A stretch of 64,000 nucleotides of DNA from Eledone cirrhosa (lineage: Eukaryota): NCBI GenBank assembly GCA_964016885.1, contig OZ024741.1:15810001-15874000 (forward strand), in the 5' to 3' direction. A model generated the notes under the pieces. The model saw only the letters and a program-made list of their open reading frames with translations, searched no databases and was not told the origin of the DNA. This document shows positions 36,486-50,322 of this stretch, piece by piece (the stretch's first letter is position 1; each line of letters starts with the position of its first letter). A program made the position numbers and the translations under genes.

Positions 36486-36959
36486 TCACCTTTGTCTGTT
36501 ATATTTATGCTGTTGTACATGTCGTGTAAAATGTCTGTCACGCTGGAATAAAAATAGTAAGAGAATGTTTGTGTGTGTGTAAAAGAGAGAGTGTGTTGGG
36601 GTGTGACTAAAAACTGAATTACATTTTATAACAGAGATAAAGGGGTAAAAGTGTATATGCGAGAGAGAAAGACGGAGACGGTAACAAACAAACAGTATTT
36701 TCTGCCCTACGGTTAAGCAGCTTTTTTTAGCCGCAGAGTAGAAAATCTTGATAATATTTACACTCTACTTTTCTTAAGTATAGAGCTACTGGTTTTAACT
36801 AGTAACAAATCTTGTATATATATGTGTGTGTGTGTGTGTATGTATGTATATGTTGTTGTTACAGCTCACACCTATACAGGTTTAGCTGGCCTCCTCCAAG
36901 GTATATCTCGTTGGAGGTGTCTTTGGTGATTTAATGATAGGGGCCGCAGCCCCTATCAT

Positions 36960-37102
36960 CTCATTTCTACAGCTGAGTGAACTGGAGCAACGTGAAATAA
37001 AATGTCTTGCTCAAGGAAACAACACATCACCCGGTCTGAGAATTGAACTCACAACCTTTCGATTGCAAGCCCAATGCTCGAACCACTAAGCCATGCACCT
37101 TC
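36960..37102 (-). mobile_element. tRNA-derived SINE, family 2 (CORE/V-like)
   Basis: Minus strand TGGCTTAGTGG (A box), GAGTTCAATTC (B box), then GTTTCCTTGAGCAAGACATTTTATTTCACGTTGCTCCAGTTCACTCAGCTG. Confidence 0.75.
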
Positions 37103-37321
37103 ACATGTATATAGCATTAAAAAATGGTGGTTGTTTCTGTTAGTATCTCGTAGTGTGTTAGCATAACTTCCAGTGCATATAAACTCCAACTCTAAGACTG
37201 GGCAGCTAGAGATAATGTAGTAAATTGTTCTTTCCCCATCACATATTCTACAGTTACTGTATATATATTTTTTTTATAGTTTCTGGTGGCGTGGTGGTGA
37301 TGGGGGTAGTGGTGGGGGCTT

Positions 37322-37537
37322 TGTGATTGGCATCATCGGTAAAGCGTCGGTCGACTTGTTTTGCAGCATATAATTACGTCCCTTTACGTTCTGAGTTCAA
37401 ATACCACCGAAGTTAACACTGCCTTTCATCCTAACGGCGTAGATAAAATAAAGTACCAGTAATATACTGATGTCAATTTACTCGACTTTCCTCTCCCCCA
37501 AAATTGTTGGCCTTGTGCCTAAATTAGAAACCATTAA
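37322..37537 (+). mobile_element. Diverged family 1 SINE
   Basis: ttggcatcatcggtaaag...ctgagttcaaatacc...gcctttcatcctaacggcgtagataaaataaagtaccag...ccttgtgcctaaattagaaac. Confidence 0.8.
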
Positions 37538-38006
37538 TAAATGACGGTGGATTGATGGAATTGTTCAAGTGTAACAGTTGCCACTCTCTAGGTTCTGCCA
37601 AGAGTTGCTATCGGCAGAATAGTATCAAAATTGAGATGACCAATTGAAACATTGTCTCCTCCGTCTGGAACTCGGCTTCCTTCCTTTCTAACAAGGTTTG
37701 GGACATGTCTTCACAGACAAGTCAGTAATTAAACGTAACTAAGGTCCTCTCGGATAGGCAAGAGGCCCGTATCTTCATTACATACGTTGCGGTCACCGAT
37801 TGCTGTTACGGGACGGCTTCCCTACATACGATCCTGCACTGAACCGGGTCTATGTTTAGGTGACACCAGCACTAGGAAAGTAATCCTTTCTTTCACACAG
37901 CAGAACAATCTTCATGGCCCTTTGTTTTGCAGGTTTTCTACGAACAGATAGCCTTCCTAACACCAACTACTTTACAGAGTGCACTGGGTGCATATATACA
38001 TATATA

Positions 38007-38056
<50 letters not shown>

Positions 38057-38394
38057 TGTGTGTGTCTGTGTGTGTCTGTGTGTGTCTGTGTGTGTCTGTG
38101 TGTGTAGGTGCGTGTGTGAAATGTTATTGCTTAAGAGCAATAAGACCATTATTCAACTATAAGTATGTATATATATTCATGCGTGTGTGTGTGTATATAC
38201 TATGCATATATACGAGCACACGCACGCAAACACAGGTATGTGTATATGCATATATACATACTTACCTATATATATATATATAAAGATATCTATGTATATG
38301 GGTGGCTGTCGGAAGGAAGGGGAGGAAGAGGGTGTATTTAGTTTAATTTAACAATTTGTTAGACCAACATTATAACTAGTAAAATGGAAGGAAT

Positions 38395-39200
38395 AGGGTG
38401 GAGTGGTGGGAGGGATAGTGTGAGGTGGTGGTGGCGAGAAGGTGGAGTGGTGGGAGGGATAGTGTGAGGTGGTGGTGGCGAGAAGGTGGAGTGGTGGGAG
38501 GGATAGTGTGAGGTGGTGGTGGCGAGAAGGTGGAGTGGTGGGAGGGATAGTGTGAGGTGGTGGTGGAGAGAAAGTGGAGTGGTGAGAGGGATAAGTGAGA
38601 TGGTGGTGGGGAGAAGGTGGAGTGGTGGGGGGGGATAGGTGAGATGGTGGTTGGGAGAAGGTGGAGTGGTGGGAGGGATAGGTGAGATGGTGGTGGGGAG
38701 AAGGTGGAGTGGTGGGGGGAGAAGGGGGAGTGGTGGGAGGGATAGGTGAAGTGGTGGTGGAGAGAAGGTGGAGTGGTGGCGGGGAGAAAGTGGAGTGGGG
38801 GGAGGGATGGGTGAGGTGGTGGTGGGGAGAAGGTGGAGTGGTGGCGAGGAGAAGTTGGAGTGGGGGGGACAAGGTGGTGTGGTGGGAGGGATAGGTGAGG
38901 TGGTGGTGGGGAGAAGGTGGAGTGGTGGCGGGGAGAAGGTGGGTGGTGGTGGGGAGAAGGTGGAGTGGTGGGAGGGATAGGTGAGGTGGTGGTGGGGAGA
39001 AGGTGGAGTGGTGGGAGGGATAGGTGAGGTGGTGGTGGGGAGAAGGTGGAGTGGTGGGAGGGATAGGTGAGATGGTGGTGGAGAGGTGGGAGGGATAGGT
39101 GAGATGGTGGTGGAGAGAAGGTGGAGTGGTGGGAGGGATAGGTGAGATGGTGGTGGAGAGAAGGTGGAGTGGTGGGAGGGATAGGTGAGATGGTGGAGTT
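38395..39200. repeat. G-rich ~41-bp minisatellite
   Basis: Unit approximately gagaaggtggagtggtgggagggataggtgaggtggtggtgg. Confidence 0.9.
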
Positions 39201-39487
39201 GTGGCGGGAAGAAGGTGGAGGGGGTTGGGGGAGGGGTGTCAAGATCATTACGTCGTAAATTGATTTACGATACACTCAAGCTCTACGTCTTATGGGATAC
39301 GGTTGGATACTCCCATGGTGAGGGGCCCGTGTGGTGGGGCAGGGGGGAGGAGGGGGAAGAAGAAGAAGAAGAAGAAGAAGAAGAAGAAGAAGAAGAAGAA
39401 GAATGTAGGTAACAGACGGAATAGCAATTGTCCTGTCATGTGGTGGAATAATAGCTGAGAATACAACAGTAAATTGTAATACATAAC

Positions 39488-39508
39488 CTACATATATATA
39501 TGTGTGTG

Positions 39509-39562
<54 letters not shown>

Positions 39563-41321
39563 TATGCATACGTATGCATGCATATATACAAGAGAATGTA
39601 TATGTATATATATATATATATATATATAATCAGACTGACAGATAAGCACATACATACTTGCATACATGCATACACACACATACATACATATATACATGCA
39701 TACACACATACATACATACATACAAACATAAATGCATATATATATATATACATAAATACATACATACATGCACACACACATACAAACACAGAAACATACA
39801 TATATACATACATACGCATACATACATACATAGACACATACATACATACATACATACATACATACATACATACATACATACATACATACATACATACATA
39901 AATACATACCTACATACATACATACATACATACAAACATACATACATACAAACATACATACACACATACATAAATACATACATACAAACATACATACATA
40001 CATACATAAATACATACATACAAACATACATACATACATACATACATACATACATACATACATACATACATACATACAAACATACATACATACATACATA
40101 CCTACATACATATACATACATACATACATACATACATACATACATACATACATAGATACATACATACATACATACATACATACATACATACATACATACA
40201 TACATACATACACATACATACATACATACATACATACATACATACATACATACATACATAAATACATACATACATACATATACATACATACATACATACA
40301 TACATACATACATACATACACACATACATACCTACATACATACATACATACATACATAAATACATACATACATACATACATACATATACATACATACATA
40401 CATACATACATACATACATACACACATACATACATACATACATACATACATACATACATACATACATACATACATACATACATACATACATACATACACA
40501 TGTAAATGATTCTAAAAACAGACGGGAATGCGTGAATGAAGTCTTCATACCAACATGGTAGAGCTATTCCACTCTCCTTATATGTGTGTGTGTATGTGTC
40601 TGTGAGTGTATGTATATGTGTGTGTGTCAGTGTGTGTGTATATGTGTGTGTGAGTAAGTGCGTGTGTGTGTGTGTGTATTTGTGTCTGTGTCTGTGTGTG
40701 AGCGTGTGTGTATGTGTGTGTATATGTATATGTGTGTGTGTGTGTGAGTGTGTGTGTATATGTACCTGTGTGTAAGTGTGTGCGTGTATTTGTGTATGTG
40801 TGTGTATATAAGTGTGTGTGTATGTGCGTGTGTATATGTGTGTATGTGTGAGTGTATGTGTGTGTAAGTGTGTGTGCGTGTATGTGTGAGTGTGTGAGTG
40901 TATGTGTGAGTGTGTGTGTGTCTTTGTGTGTGTGAGTGTGAGTGTATGTGTGTGTGTGAGTGTATGTGTATGTGATGTGTGAGCGTGTGTGTGAGTGTAT
41001 GTGTGATTGTGTCTATGTGTTTAAAGAGAAACAAATTCGAAAGATAATTTCTGTTTTCATTTCCAGCAATGACGGCACCGTCGGATGTATTTATTTTAAA
41101 CATAACATACACCAAACACCCAATGTATGTACAGACACGTATACATACACACATACATATATACATATATATATACATACATACACGCATACATATATAC
41201 ATATATACATACATACATACACACATACATATATACATATATACATACATACATACACACATACATATATACATATATACATACATACACATATATATAC
41301 ATACATACATACATATATACA

Positions 41322-41353
<32 letters not shown>

Positions 41354-41397
41354 CATATATATACATACATACGCATATACATACATACATACATATA

Positions 41398-41443
<46 letters not shown>

Positions 41444-41575
41444 TATACATACATACGCATATATATACATACATACATATATACATACATACATATATAC
41501 ATACGCACATGTATATATAGAGAGAGGGGGGAGAGAGAGACACACACAGACACACACACACATATATATATAAAT
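39488..41575. repeat. (TACA)n, (TG)n and (TA)n microsatellite blocks
   Basis: Direct reading. Confidence 0.95.
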
Positions 41576-41810
41576 GGATAGAAATGGCGAAATGAACAGA
41601 CTTGCTTTTTCTCGGAAGATTCTTTTATTTTCATTTTTCGATTCTATCCCTGTTCGCTCTCCTCTTTCTTTCTATATTCTACATTATAATGAAGAACTGG
41701 CGTCCGAAACGTTAAGTCTATTCCTGCTGTATTAAACGTGAAACTAATATATGTCTTTATTGAACCTCATCGTCTGTTGTGTTTTTTCTGTATACTATTC
41801 ACATACATAC

Positions 41811-41841
<31 letters not shown>

Positions 41842-43007
41842 GAAAAAGTAAACGGGAGCGGCAAAGCAAACAACATAATACAATGAAGAAATATATAAGT
41901 TTGACGCTTAATATAGTAGGAAAAGAGTCAGTACTCTACTGGAACAATTCCTTCATCAGAAGATAGAATATATATATATAAAATTACAAGAAAAGAAGCA
42001 GGCTGTGTGGTTACTGTAAAGAAATTGTAAGATGGTAATATGGTCGCAAACAAGAGAGGAAAAGTAGCCCTTCATCAGCTGTTAACCGCGGATTATAGAT
42101 GTTTCGGCGCTTAAAACAGGACATCGAAATCGATCAGTAGTGCTCCCAGTGCCTTTTATCAATCAAAAGGCCATGAGGGAAAGAAAAGATAGTGAAGAGA
42201 AAGGAAGAAAGAGGAAAAAATGAAGTAAACAAACCGAATGGAGAGGGGGGGGGACACAGGCCAATGGCACATGCAAGTGAGTAACTGAGGAGAAAAATAG
42301 AATATTACGGCTGATAAGACGCAACTTTTTTGCCAAAAATGTTCCAGAAAATCACTCTGTGTCTTATAAGGTCAAGGGTCAGTTTGGGTTAATGGCTGGT
42401 GGAGTTCTAGTGCTGCAGTGGCCCTTAAATTAAACTGTACTAAATATTAAAAACAAATACAATGTAGAGAATAAAATAAATCTATTTTCACACTTGCTTA
42501 TGTTTTAATAATGTAGTGAAATATTACAATATATATTATATATCACTTCCCCCTTTTCTCTCTCTGAGGAAGGAATCTGCTGTAATCAGACCTGGAGACG
42601 ATTGGGCTCCGTCAAATTGATAAAATACCCTAGAAACGTCGTATGTCAATACGGCGCCCCTAGGACTACCTCATAAGTTACGGGACCATGCATTAATTCT
42701 ATAACAGACAACATTCTAAACTATAGTAGCCTCAACTATACACTACAACCACTGACAAACTGTGTCCTCTTTAAACCGTCTATGTTGCTACTATAACAGT
42801 ATTTGTTGGAACCACCAAACTACCATCACTGTCTAACCTCACCTGTTGTATCGCATTCGATGGCTTATAAGACGCACCTCAATATGTACAGGCATTAAGA
42901 AATGGGTTTAAACTACGAATGTCAGGTGAAGGGTATAAAGTTTGTACATCGTAGGTTTTTTTTTATCATTCTACATCGTAATTCTAGTTGTAATATTTCA
43001 CTACATT

Positions 43008-43184
43008 TTGGCAGTATCGGTAGAGGGTCGGACGCCATGCTTTGCAGCACAGTTACGTCCCTTTACGGACTGAGTTCAAATCCCGCCGAGCTTAACTTTG
43101 CCTTTCATCCTTACGGGGTCGATAAAATAAGTACCAGTAATGCACTGGTTAATTGCTGGCCTTGTGCCAAAAGTAGAAACAATT
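43008..43184 (+). mobile_element. Family 1 SINE (slightly 5'-truncated) nested in the MITE TIR
   Basis: ttggcagtatcggtagagggtcgg...gttcaaatcccgccgag...aagtagaaacaatt. Confidence 0.85.
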
Positions 43185-43262
43185 ATTAAAACAAGGAAGT
43201 GTGAAAATAGGTTTGTTTTATTCTCTACATTGCATTTGTTTTTAATATTTAGTACAGTTTAA

Positions 43263-43478
43263 GGGCGGTGGATTAGCAGTATCGGTAGAGGGTCAGACGC
43301 CATACTTTACAACATAGAGTTACGGCCCTTTATGATCTGAGTTCAAATTCCGCCGAGGTTAGCTTTGCTTTTCATCCTTACGGGTCGATAAAATAAAGTA
43401 CCAGTCATGCACTGGTGTCGATTTAATCGACTTCCCCTCCCCCCAAATTGCTGGTCTTGTGCCTATATAAAAAAAAAC
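43263..43478 (+). mobile_element. Full-length family 1 SINE with A-rich tail and a 19-bp TSD, nested in the MITE TIR
   Basis: TSD aatatttagtacagtttaa at 43244-43262 and 43479-43497. Confidence 0.9.
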
Positions 43479-44137
43479 AATATTTAGTACAGTTTAATTT
43501 AAGGGTCACTACAGCACTAGAACTCCACTCGCCAGTAACCCAAACTGACCCTAGACCTTATAAGACACAGGGTGATTTTCTGGAACATTTTTGGTAAAAA
43601 AAAGGTGCGTCTTATAAGCTGTAATTCATTTCTGGTTATCCTTTGTCATCTCATTTCCCTCCACCCTAGAATAGCATGACTACAATACTCCTGTCCCGTC
43701 ATAACCCTTTGTTACAATTCCTCCTGGGGCCACCACCTCCTTAAAAGCCAAAGACGGATCTTTTATGTGGTCGCTCGACCTGAAAGAAATAACAGCCAGA
43801 TCACCCTCAAATCCTGCAATATTTGAAAAAGACCTATTGTATGGTGTGGTCCCGTAACACCGAAAGTGTCGAAGGGGAACCGTTGTGGTATACTGCGTTT
43901 CTTGGACATTTTAAAACCTGGTGGAACCCCCCCCCCCCTGTCCAGAACTACCTAGCTATGGTTACAGTGGGGATAGTTTTTTATCATAGATTTGTCCAAT
44001 CATATGTTGACCTGAGGCTAAATAACAATATAGGAAAAGAAAGGGGATGATCGTCACCTCGGTCCAAGGAGACATGGTTCCCATCCACTGGACTTTTCAT
44101 TACTGTTAGTATTTGCTGGTCACAACTCTTGGTGCAA

Positions 44138-44260
44138 GGAGCAGCTTGAAATAAAGTATTTTACTCACCATAAACACAACACGCCGCCTTGATTCAGGAA
44201 TCGATCCCATGACTTTCTCTTCATCAGACAAACAGCCTAATGCCTAAAGCACGTGCTTCC
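44138..44260 (-). mobile_element. Degenerate family 2 SINE head
   Basis: ggagcagcttgaaataaagtattttactc...aggaatcgatcccatgac resembles 36983-37060. Confidence 0.5.
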
Positions 44261-45139
44261 AACAACAACAACAATAACAACAACAGAAACAACCTAATCA
44301 ACCACACCAAGTAACATAAACCCCTGCCCCTAAAAGTTCAAGCTGATTACAACTTTATTGACCCAACCAATCAAAGAGGGAGGTGGTGGGATGATGGGAG
44401 GGGTTAGCAGGGGATAGTAACCCTGTCCCTTACAATTCCCTACACTCTCCTCTCTTTTTCTCCTGGGAGGACAAGACAATAACAACAACAACAAGAACCG
44501 TCAGGCACCAAAACAAATGACTATGAAAGTTACACCATCTACCCACACTCCACCACCACACCATCACCACTACCACACCACCACCACCACACCACCACTA
44601 AACACGACCACCACACCTCCACCACTACCACCACCACCGCCACCACCACTAAACACCGCCACCGCCACTAAAACCACCACCGCCACTACCACATCTCCAC
44701 CCCCACACCACCACCACTACCACTACCACCACCACCGCCACCACCACTAAACATCACCATCACCACCACCACCACCACCACCACATCCACCCCTATTGTC
44801 GTGGTAATCCATGATGTCTCAGCCAGCCGTTACAATAACATTGTTGTTGTTGTTATTGTTGTTGGTGGTGGTGGTAGTGGTGGTGGTGGTGGTGTTGGTA
44901 GTTGTGTTGATGTGGTGGTGGTGGTGGTGGCGGTGGTGGTGGTGGTGATGTGATAGTAGTGGTGGTGGTGTTAGTGGTGCCGGTTTTAATATGTGGTGGT
45001 CAGGGTGAAGGTTGTGGTGGTTGTGGTGCTAGTGGTGGTGATATGCTGGAGATGGTGGTAGTGATGGAGGTGGTGTTTGGTGGTGGTGGTGGTGGTGTTT
45101 GGTGGTGATATATTGGAGATGGCGATGTGATGGTGGTGG

Positions 45140-48100
45140 TGTTGGTGGTGTTTGGTGGTGGAGGTAGTGGTGGTGTTGGTAGTGTTTGGTGGTGGAGGTA
45201 GTGGTGGTGTTGGTGGTGTTTGGTGGTGGAGGTAGTGGTGGTGTTGGTGTGTGGTGGTGGAGTTAGTGGTTGTGTTGGTGTTTGGTGGTGGAGGTAGTGG
45301 TGGTGTTGGTGGTGTTTGGTGGTGGAGGTAGTGGTGGTGTTGGTGTGTGGTGGTGGAGTTAGTGGTTGTGTTGGTGTTTGGTGGTGGAGGTAGTGGTGGT
45401 GTTGGTGGTGTTTGGTGGTGGAGGTAGTGGTGGTGAGGGTGGTGTTTGGTGGTGGAGGTAGTGGTGGTGTTGGGGTGTGGTGGTGGAGTTAGTGGTTGTG
45501 TTGGTGTTTGGTGGTGGAGGTAGTGGTGGTGGTGTTGGTGTTTGGTGGTGGGGGTAGTGGTGGTGTGGGTGGTGTTTGGTGGTGGAGGTAGTGGTGGTGT
45601 TGGTGTGTGGTGGTGGAGTTAGTGGTTGTGTTGGTGTTTGGTGGTGGAGGTAGTGGTGGTGGTGTTGGTGTTTGGTGGTGGGGGTAGTGGTGGTGTGGGT
45701 GGTGTTTGGTGGTGGAGGTAGTGGTGGTGTTGGTGTGTGGTGGTGGAGTTAGTGGTTGTGTTGGTGTTTGGTGGTGGAGGTAGTGGTGGTGGTGTTGGTG
45801 TTTGGTGGTGGGGGTAGTGGTGGTGTTGGTGGTGTTTGGTGGTGGAGGTAGAGGTGGTGGTGTTGGTGTTTGGTGGTGGAGGTAGTGGTGGTGTTGGTAG
45901 TGTTTGGTGGTGGAGGTAGTGGTGGTGTTGGTGGTGTTTGGTGGTGGAGGTAGTGGTGGTGTTGGTGTTTGGTGGTGGGGGTAGTGGTGGTGTTGGTAGT
46001 GTTTGGTGGTGGAGGTAGTGGTGGTGTTGGTGGTGTTTGGTGGTGGGGGTAGTGGTGGTGTTGGTGGTGTTTGGTGGTGGAGGTAGTGGTAGTGTTGGTG
46101 GTGTTTGGTGGTGGAGGTAGTGGTGGTGTTGGTGGTGTTTGGTGGTGGTGGTAGTGGTGGTGTTGGTAGTGTTTGGTGGTGGGGGTAGTGGTGGTGTTGG
46201 TAGTGTTTGGTGGTGGAGGTAGTGGTGGTGTTGGTAGTGTTTGGTGGTGGGGGTAGTGGTGGTGTTGGTAGTGTTTGGTGGTGGAGGTAGTGGTGGTGTT
46301 GGTGGTGTTTGGTGGTGGTGGTAATGGTGGTGTGGGTGGTGTTTGGTGGTGGAGGTAGTGGTGGTGTTGGTGTGTGGTGGTGGAGTTAGTGGTTGTGTTG
46401 GTGTTTGGTGGTGGAGGTAGTGGTGGTGGTGTTGGTGTTTGGTGGTGGGGGTAGTGGTGGTGTTGGTAGTGTTTGGTGGTGGAGGTAGTGGTGGTGTTGG
46501 TGGTGTTTGGTGGTGGGGGTAGTGGTGGTGTTGGTGGTGTGTGGTGGAGGTAGTGGTGGTGTTGGTGGTGTTTGGTGGTGGAGGTAGTGGTGGTGTTGGT
46601 AGTGTTTGGTGGTGGAGGTAGTGGTGGTGTTGGTGGTGTGTGGTGGTGGAGGTAGTGGTGGTGTTGGTGGTGTGTGGTGGTGGAGGTAGTGGTGGTGTTG
46701 GTAGTGTAGTGTGTGGTGGTGGAGGTAGTGGTGGTGTTGGTAGTGTGTGGTGGTGGAGGTAGTGGTGGTGTTGGTGGTGTGTGGTGGTGGAGGTAGTGGT
46801 GGTGTTGGTAGTGTTTCGTGGTGGAGGTAGTGGTGGTGTTGGTGGTGTGTGGTGGAGGTAGTGGTGGTGTTGGTGGTGTGTGGTGGAGGTAGTGGTGGTG
46901 TTGGTGGTGTGTGGTGGTGGAGGTAGTGGTGGTGTTGGTGGTGTGTGGTGGAGGTAGTGGTGGTGTTGGTGGTGTGTGGTGGAGGTAGTGGTGGTGTTGG
47001 TGGTGTGTGGTGGAGGTAGTGGTGGTGTTGGTGGTGTTTGGTGGTGGAGGTAGTGGTGGTGTTGGTGGTGTTTGGTGGTGGAGGTAGTGGTGGTGTTGGT
47101 GGTGTGTGGTGGTGGAGGTAGTGGTGGTGTTGGTAGTGTTTGGTGGTGGAGGTAGTGGTTGTGTTGGTGTTGTTTGGTGGTGGAGGTAGTGGTGGTGTTG
47201 GTGGTGTGTGGTGGAGGTAGTGGTGGTGTTGGTGGTGTGTGGTGGAGGTAGTGGTGGTGTTGGTAGTGTTTGGTGGTGGAGGTAGTGGTGGTGTTGGTGG
47301 TGTTTGGTGGTGGAGGTATTGGTGGTGTTGGTAGTGTGTGGTGGTGGAGGTAGTGGTGGTGTTGGTGTTTGGTGGTGGAGATAGTGGTGGTGTTGGTAGT
47401 GTTTGGTGGTGGAGGTAGTGGTGGTGTTGGTAGTGTTTGGTGGTGGAGGTAGTGGTGGTGTTGGTGGTGTGTGGTGGAGGTAGTGGTGGTGTTGGTAGTG
47501 TTTGGTGGTGGAGGTAGTGGTGGTGTTGGTGGTGTGTGGTGGTGGAGGTAGTGGTGGTGTTGGTAGTGTCTGGTGGTGGAGGTAGTGGTGGTGTTGGTGT
47601 TGTTTGGTGGTGGAGGTAGTGGTGGTGTTGGTGGTGTGTGGTGGTGGAGGTAGTGGTGGTGTTGGTGGTGTTTGGTGGTGGAGGTAGTGGTGGTGTTGGT
47701 GGTGTGTTGTGGTGGAGGTAGTGGTGGTGTTGGTAGTGTTTGTTGTTGGAAGTAGTGGTGTTGGTGTTGGTGTTTGGTGGTGGAGGTAGTGGTGGTGTTG
47801 GTGGTGTGTGGTGGTGGAGGTAGTGGTGGTGTTGGTGGTGTTTGGTGGTGGAGGTAGTGGTGGTGTTGGTAGTGTGTGGTGGAGGTAGTGGTGGTGTTGG
47901 TGGTGTGTGGTGGTGGAGGTAGTGGTGGTGTTGGTGGTGTTTGGTGGTGGAGGTAGTGGTGGTGTTGGTGGTGTGTGGTGGTGGAGGTAGTGGTGGTGTT
48001 GGTAGTGTTTGGTGGTGGAGGTAGTGGTGGTGTTGGTGGTGTTTGGTGGTGGAGGTAGTGGTGGTGTTGGTAGTGTTTGGTGGTGGAGGTAATGGTGGTG

Positions 48101-50322
48101 TTGGTGGTGTTTGGTGGTGGAGGTAGTGGTGGTGTTGGTGGTGTTTGGTGGTGGAGGTAGTGGTGGTGTTGGTGGTGTGTGGTGGAGGTAGTGGTGGTGT
48201 TGGTGGTGTTTGGTGGTGGAGGTAGTGGTGGTGTTGGTAGTGTGTGGTGGTGGAGGTAGTGGTGGTGTTGGTGGTGTGTGGTGGAGGTAGTGGTGGTGTT
48301 GGTGGTGTTTGGTGGTGGAGGTAGTGGTGGTGTTGGTGGTGTTTGGTGGTGGAGGTAGTTGTGGTGTTGGTAGTGTTTGGTGGTGGAGGTAGTGGTGGTG
48401 TTGGTGGTGTTTGGTGGTGGAGGTAGTGGTGGTGTTGGTGGTGTGTGGTGGAGGTAGTGGTGGTGTTGGTGGTGTTTGGTGGTGGAGGTAGTGGTGGTGT
48501 TGGTGGTGTTTGGTGGTGGAGGTAGTTGTGGTGTTGGTAGTGTTTGGTGGTGGAGGTAGTGGTGGTGTTGGTGTTTGGTGGTGGAGGTAGTGGTGGTGTT
48601 GGTAGTGTTTGGTGGTGGAGGTAGTGGTGGTGTTGGTGGTGTTTGGTGGTGGAGGTAGTGGTGGTGTTGGTGGTGTGTGGTGGAGGTAGTGGTGGTGTTG
48701 GTGGTGTTTGGTGGTGGAGGTAGTGGTGGTGTTGGTGGTGTTTGGTGGTGGAGGTAGTTGTGGTGTTGGTAGTGTTTGGTGGTGGAGGTAGTGGTGGTGT
48801 TGGTGGTGTTTGGTGGTGGAGGTAGTGGTGGTGTTGGTGGTGTTTGGTGGTGGAGGTAGTGGTGGTGTTGGTGGTGTGTGGTTGAGGTAGTGGTGGTGTT
48901 GGTGGTGTGTGGTGGTGGAGGTAGTGGTGGTGTTGGTGGTGTGTGGTGGTGGAGGTAGTGGTGGTGTTGGTAGTCTTTGGTGGTGGAGGTAGTGGTGGTG
49001 TTGGTGGTGTTTGGTGGTGGGGGTAGTGGTGGTGTTGGTGGTGTTTGGTGGTGGAGGTGGTGTTGGTGGTGTGTGGTGGAGGTAGTGGTGGTGTTGGTGG
49101 TGTTTGGTGGTGGAGGTAGTGGTGGTGTTGGTGGTGTTTGGCGGTGGAGGTAGTGGTGGTGTTGGTAGTGTTTGGTGGTGGAGGTAGTGGTGGTGTTGGT
49201 GGTGTTTGGTGGTGGAGGTAGTGGTGGTGTTGGTGGTGTTTGGTGGTGGAGGTAGTGGTGGTGTTGGTGTTTGCTGGTGGAGGTAGTGGTGGTGTTGGTA
49301 GTGTGTGGTGGTGGAGGTAGTGGTGGTGTTAGTGGTGTTTGGTGGTGGAGGTAGTGGTGGTGTTGGTGGTGTGTGGTGGAGGTAGTGGTGGTGTTGGTGG
49401 TGTTTGGTGGTGGAGGTAGTGGTGGTGTTGGTGGTGTGTGGTGGAGGTAGTGGTGGTGTTGGTGGTGTTTGGTGGTGGAGGTAGTGGTGGTGTTGGTAGA
49501 GTGTGGTGGTGGAGGTAGTGGTGGTGTTGGTGGTGTGTGGTGGAGGTAGTGGTGGTGTTGGTGTTGTTTGGTGGTGGAGGTAGTGGTGGTGTTGGTAGTG
49601 TTTGGTGGTGGAGGTAGTGGTGGTGTTGGTGATGTGTGGTGGAGGTAGTGGTGGTGTTGGTGGTGTTGGTAGTGTGTGGTGGTGGAGGTAGTGGTGGTGT
49701 TGGTGCTGTTTGGTGGTGGAGGTAGTGGTGGTGTTGGTAGTGTGTGGTGGTGGAGGTAGTGGTGGTGTTGGTGCTGTTTGGTGGTGGAGGTAGTGGTGGT
49801 GTTGGTAGTGTTTGGTGGTGGAGGTAGTGGTGGTGTTGGTAGTGTGTGGTGGTGGGGGTAGTGGTGGTGTTGGTGCTGTTTGGTGGTGGAGGTAGTGGTG
49901 GTGTTGGTGTTGTTTGGTGGTGGAGGTAGTGGTGGTGTTGGTAGTGTGTGGTGGTGGAGGTAGTGGTGGTGTTGGTAGTGTGTGGTGGTGGAGGTAGTGG
50001 TGGTGTTGGTGGTGTGTGGTGGTGGAGGTAGTGGTGGTGTTGGTAGTGTGTGGTGGTGGAGGTAGTGGTGGTGTTGGTAGTGTGTGGTGGTGGAGGTAGT
50101 GGTGGTGTTGGTGGTGTGTGGTGGTCGAGGTAGTGCTGGTGTTGGTAGTGTGTGGTGGTGGAGGTAGTGGTGGTGTTGGTGCTGTTTGGTGGTGGAGGTA
50201 GTGGTGGTGTTGGTAGTGTGTGGTGGTGGAGGTAGTGGTGGTGTTGGTGGTGTTTGGTGGTGGAGGTAGTGGTGGTGTTGGTAGTGTTTGGTGGTGGAGG
50301 TAGTGGTGGTGTTGGTAGTGTT
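45140..50322. repeat. ~5.2 kb GGT-derived minisatellite (31/34-bp units, roughly 150+ copies)
   Basis: Unit ggtggtggaggtagtggtggtgttggt(g/a)gtgt(t/g)t. Confidence 0.97.

Larger units (their letters stand above)
42304..43625. mobile_element. Non-autonomous DNA transposon/MITE with ~225-bp terminal inverted repeats (Tc1/mariner Tc2/pogo-like ends); right TIR interrupted by two SINEs
   Basis: 42304-42529 is the reverse complement of 42988-43625 once the SINEs are removed. Termini ATTACGGCTGATAAGACGCA / TGCGTCTTATAAGCTGTAAT. An internal copy of the motif GGCTTATAAGACGCACC lies near 42862. Confidence 0.75.

Noticed and set aside
36960-37102. Functional tRNA genes
   Set aside because: A/B-box heads run into SINE bodies and no complete cloverleaf is evident.
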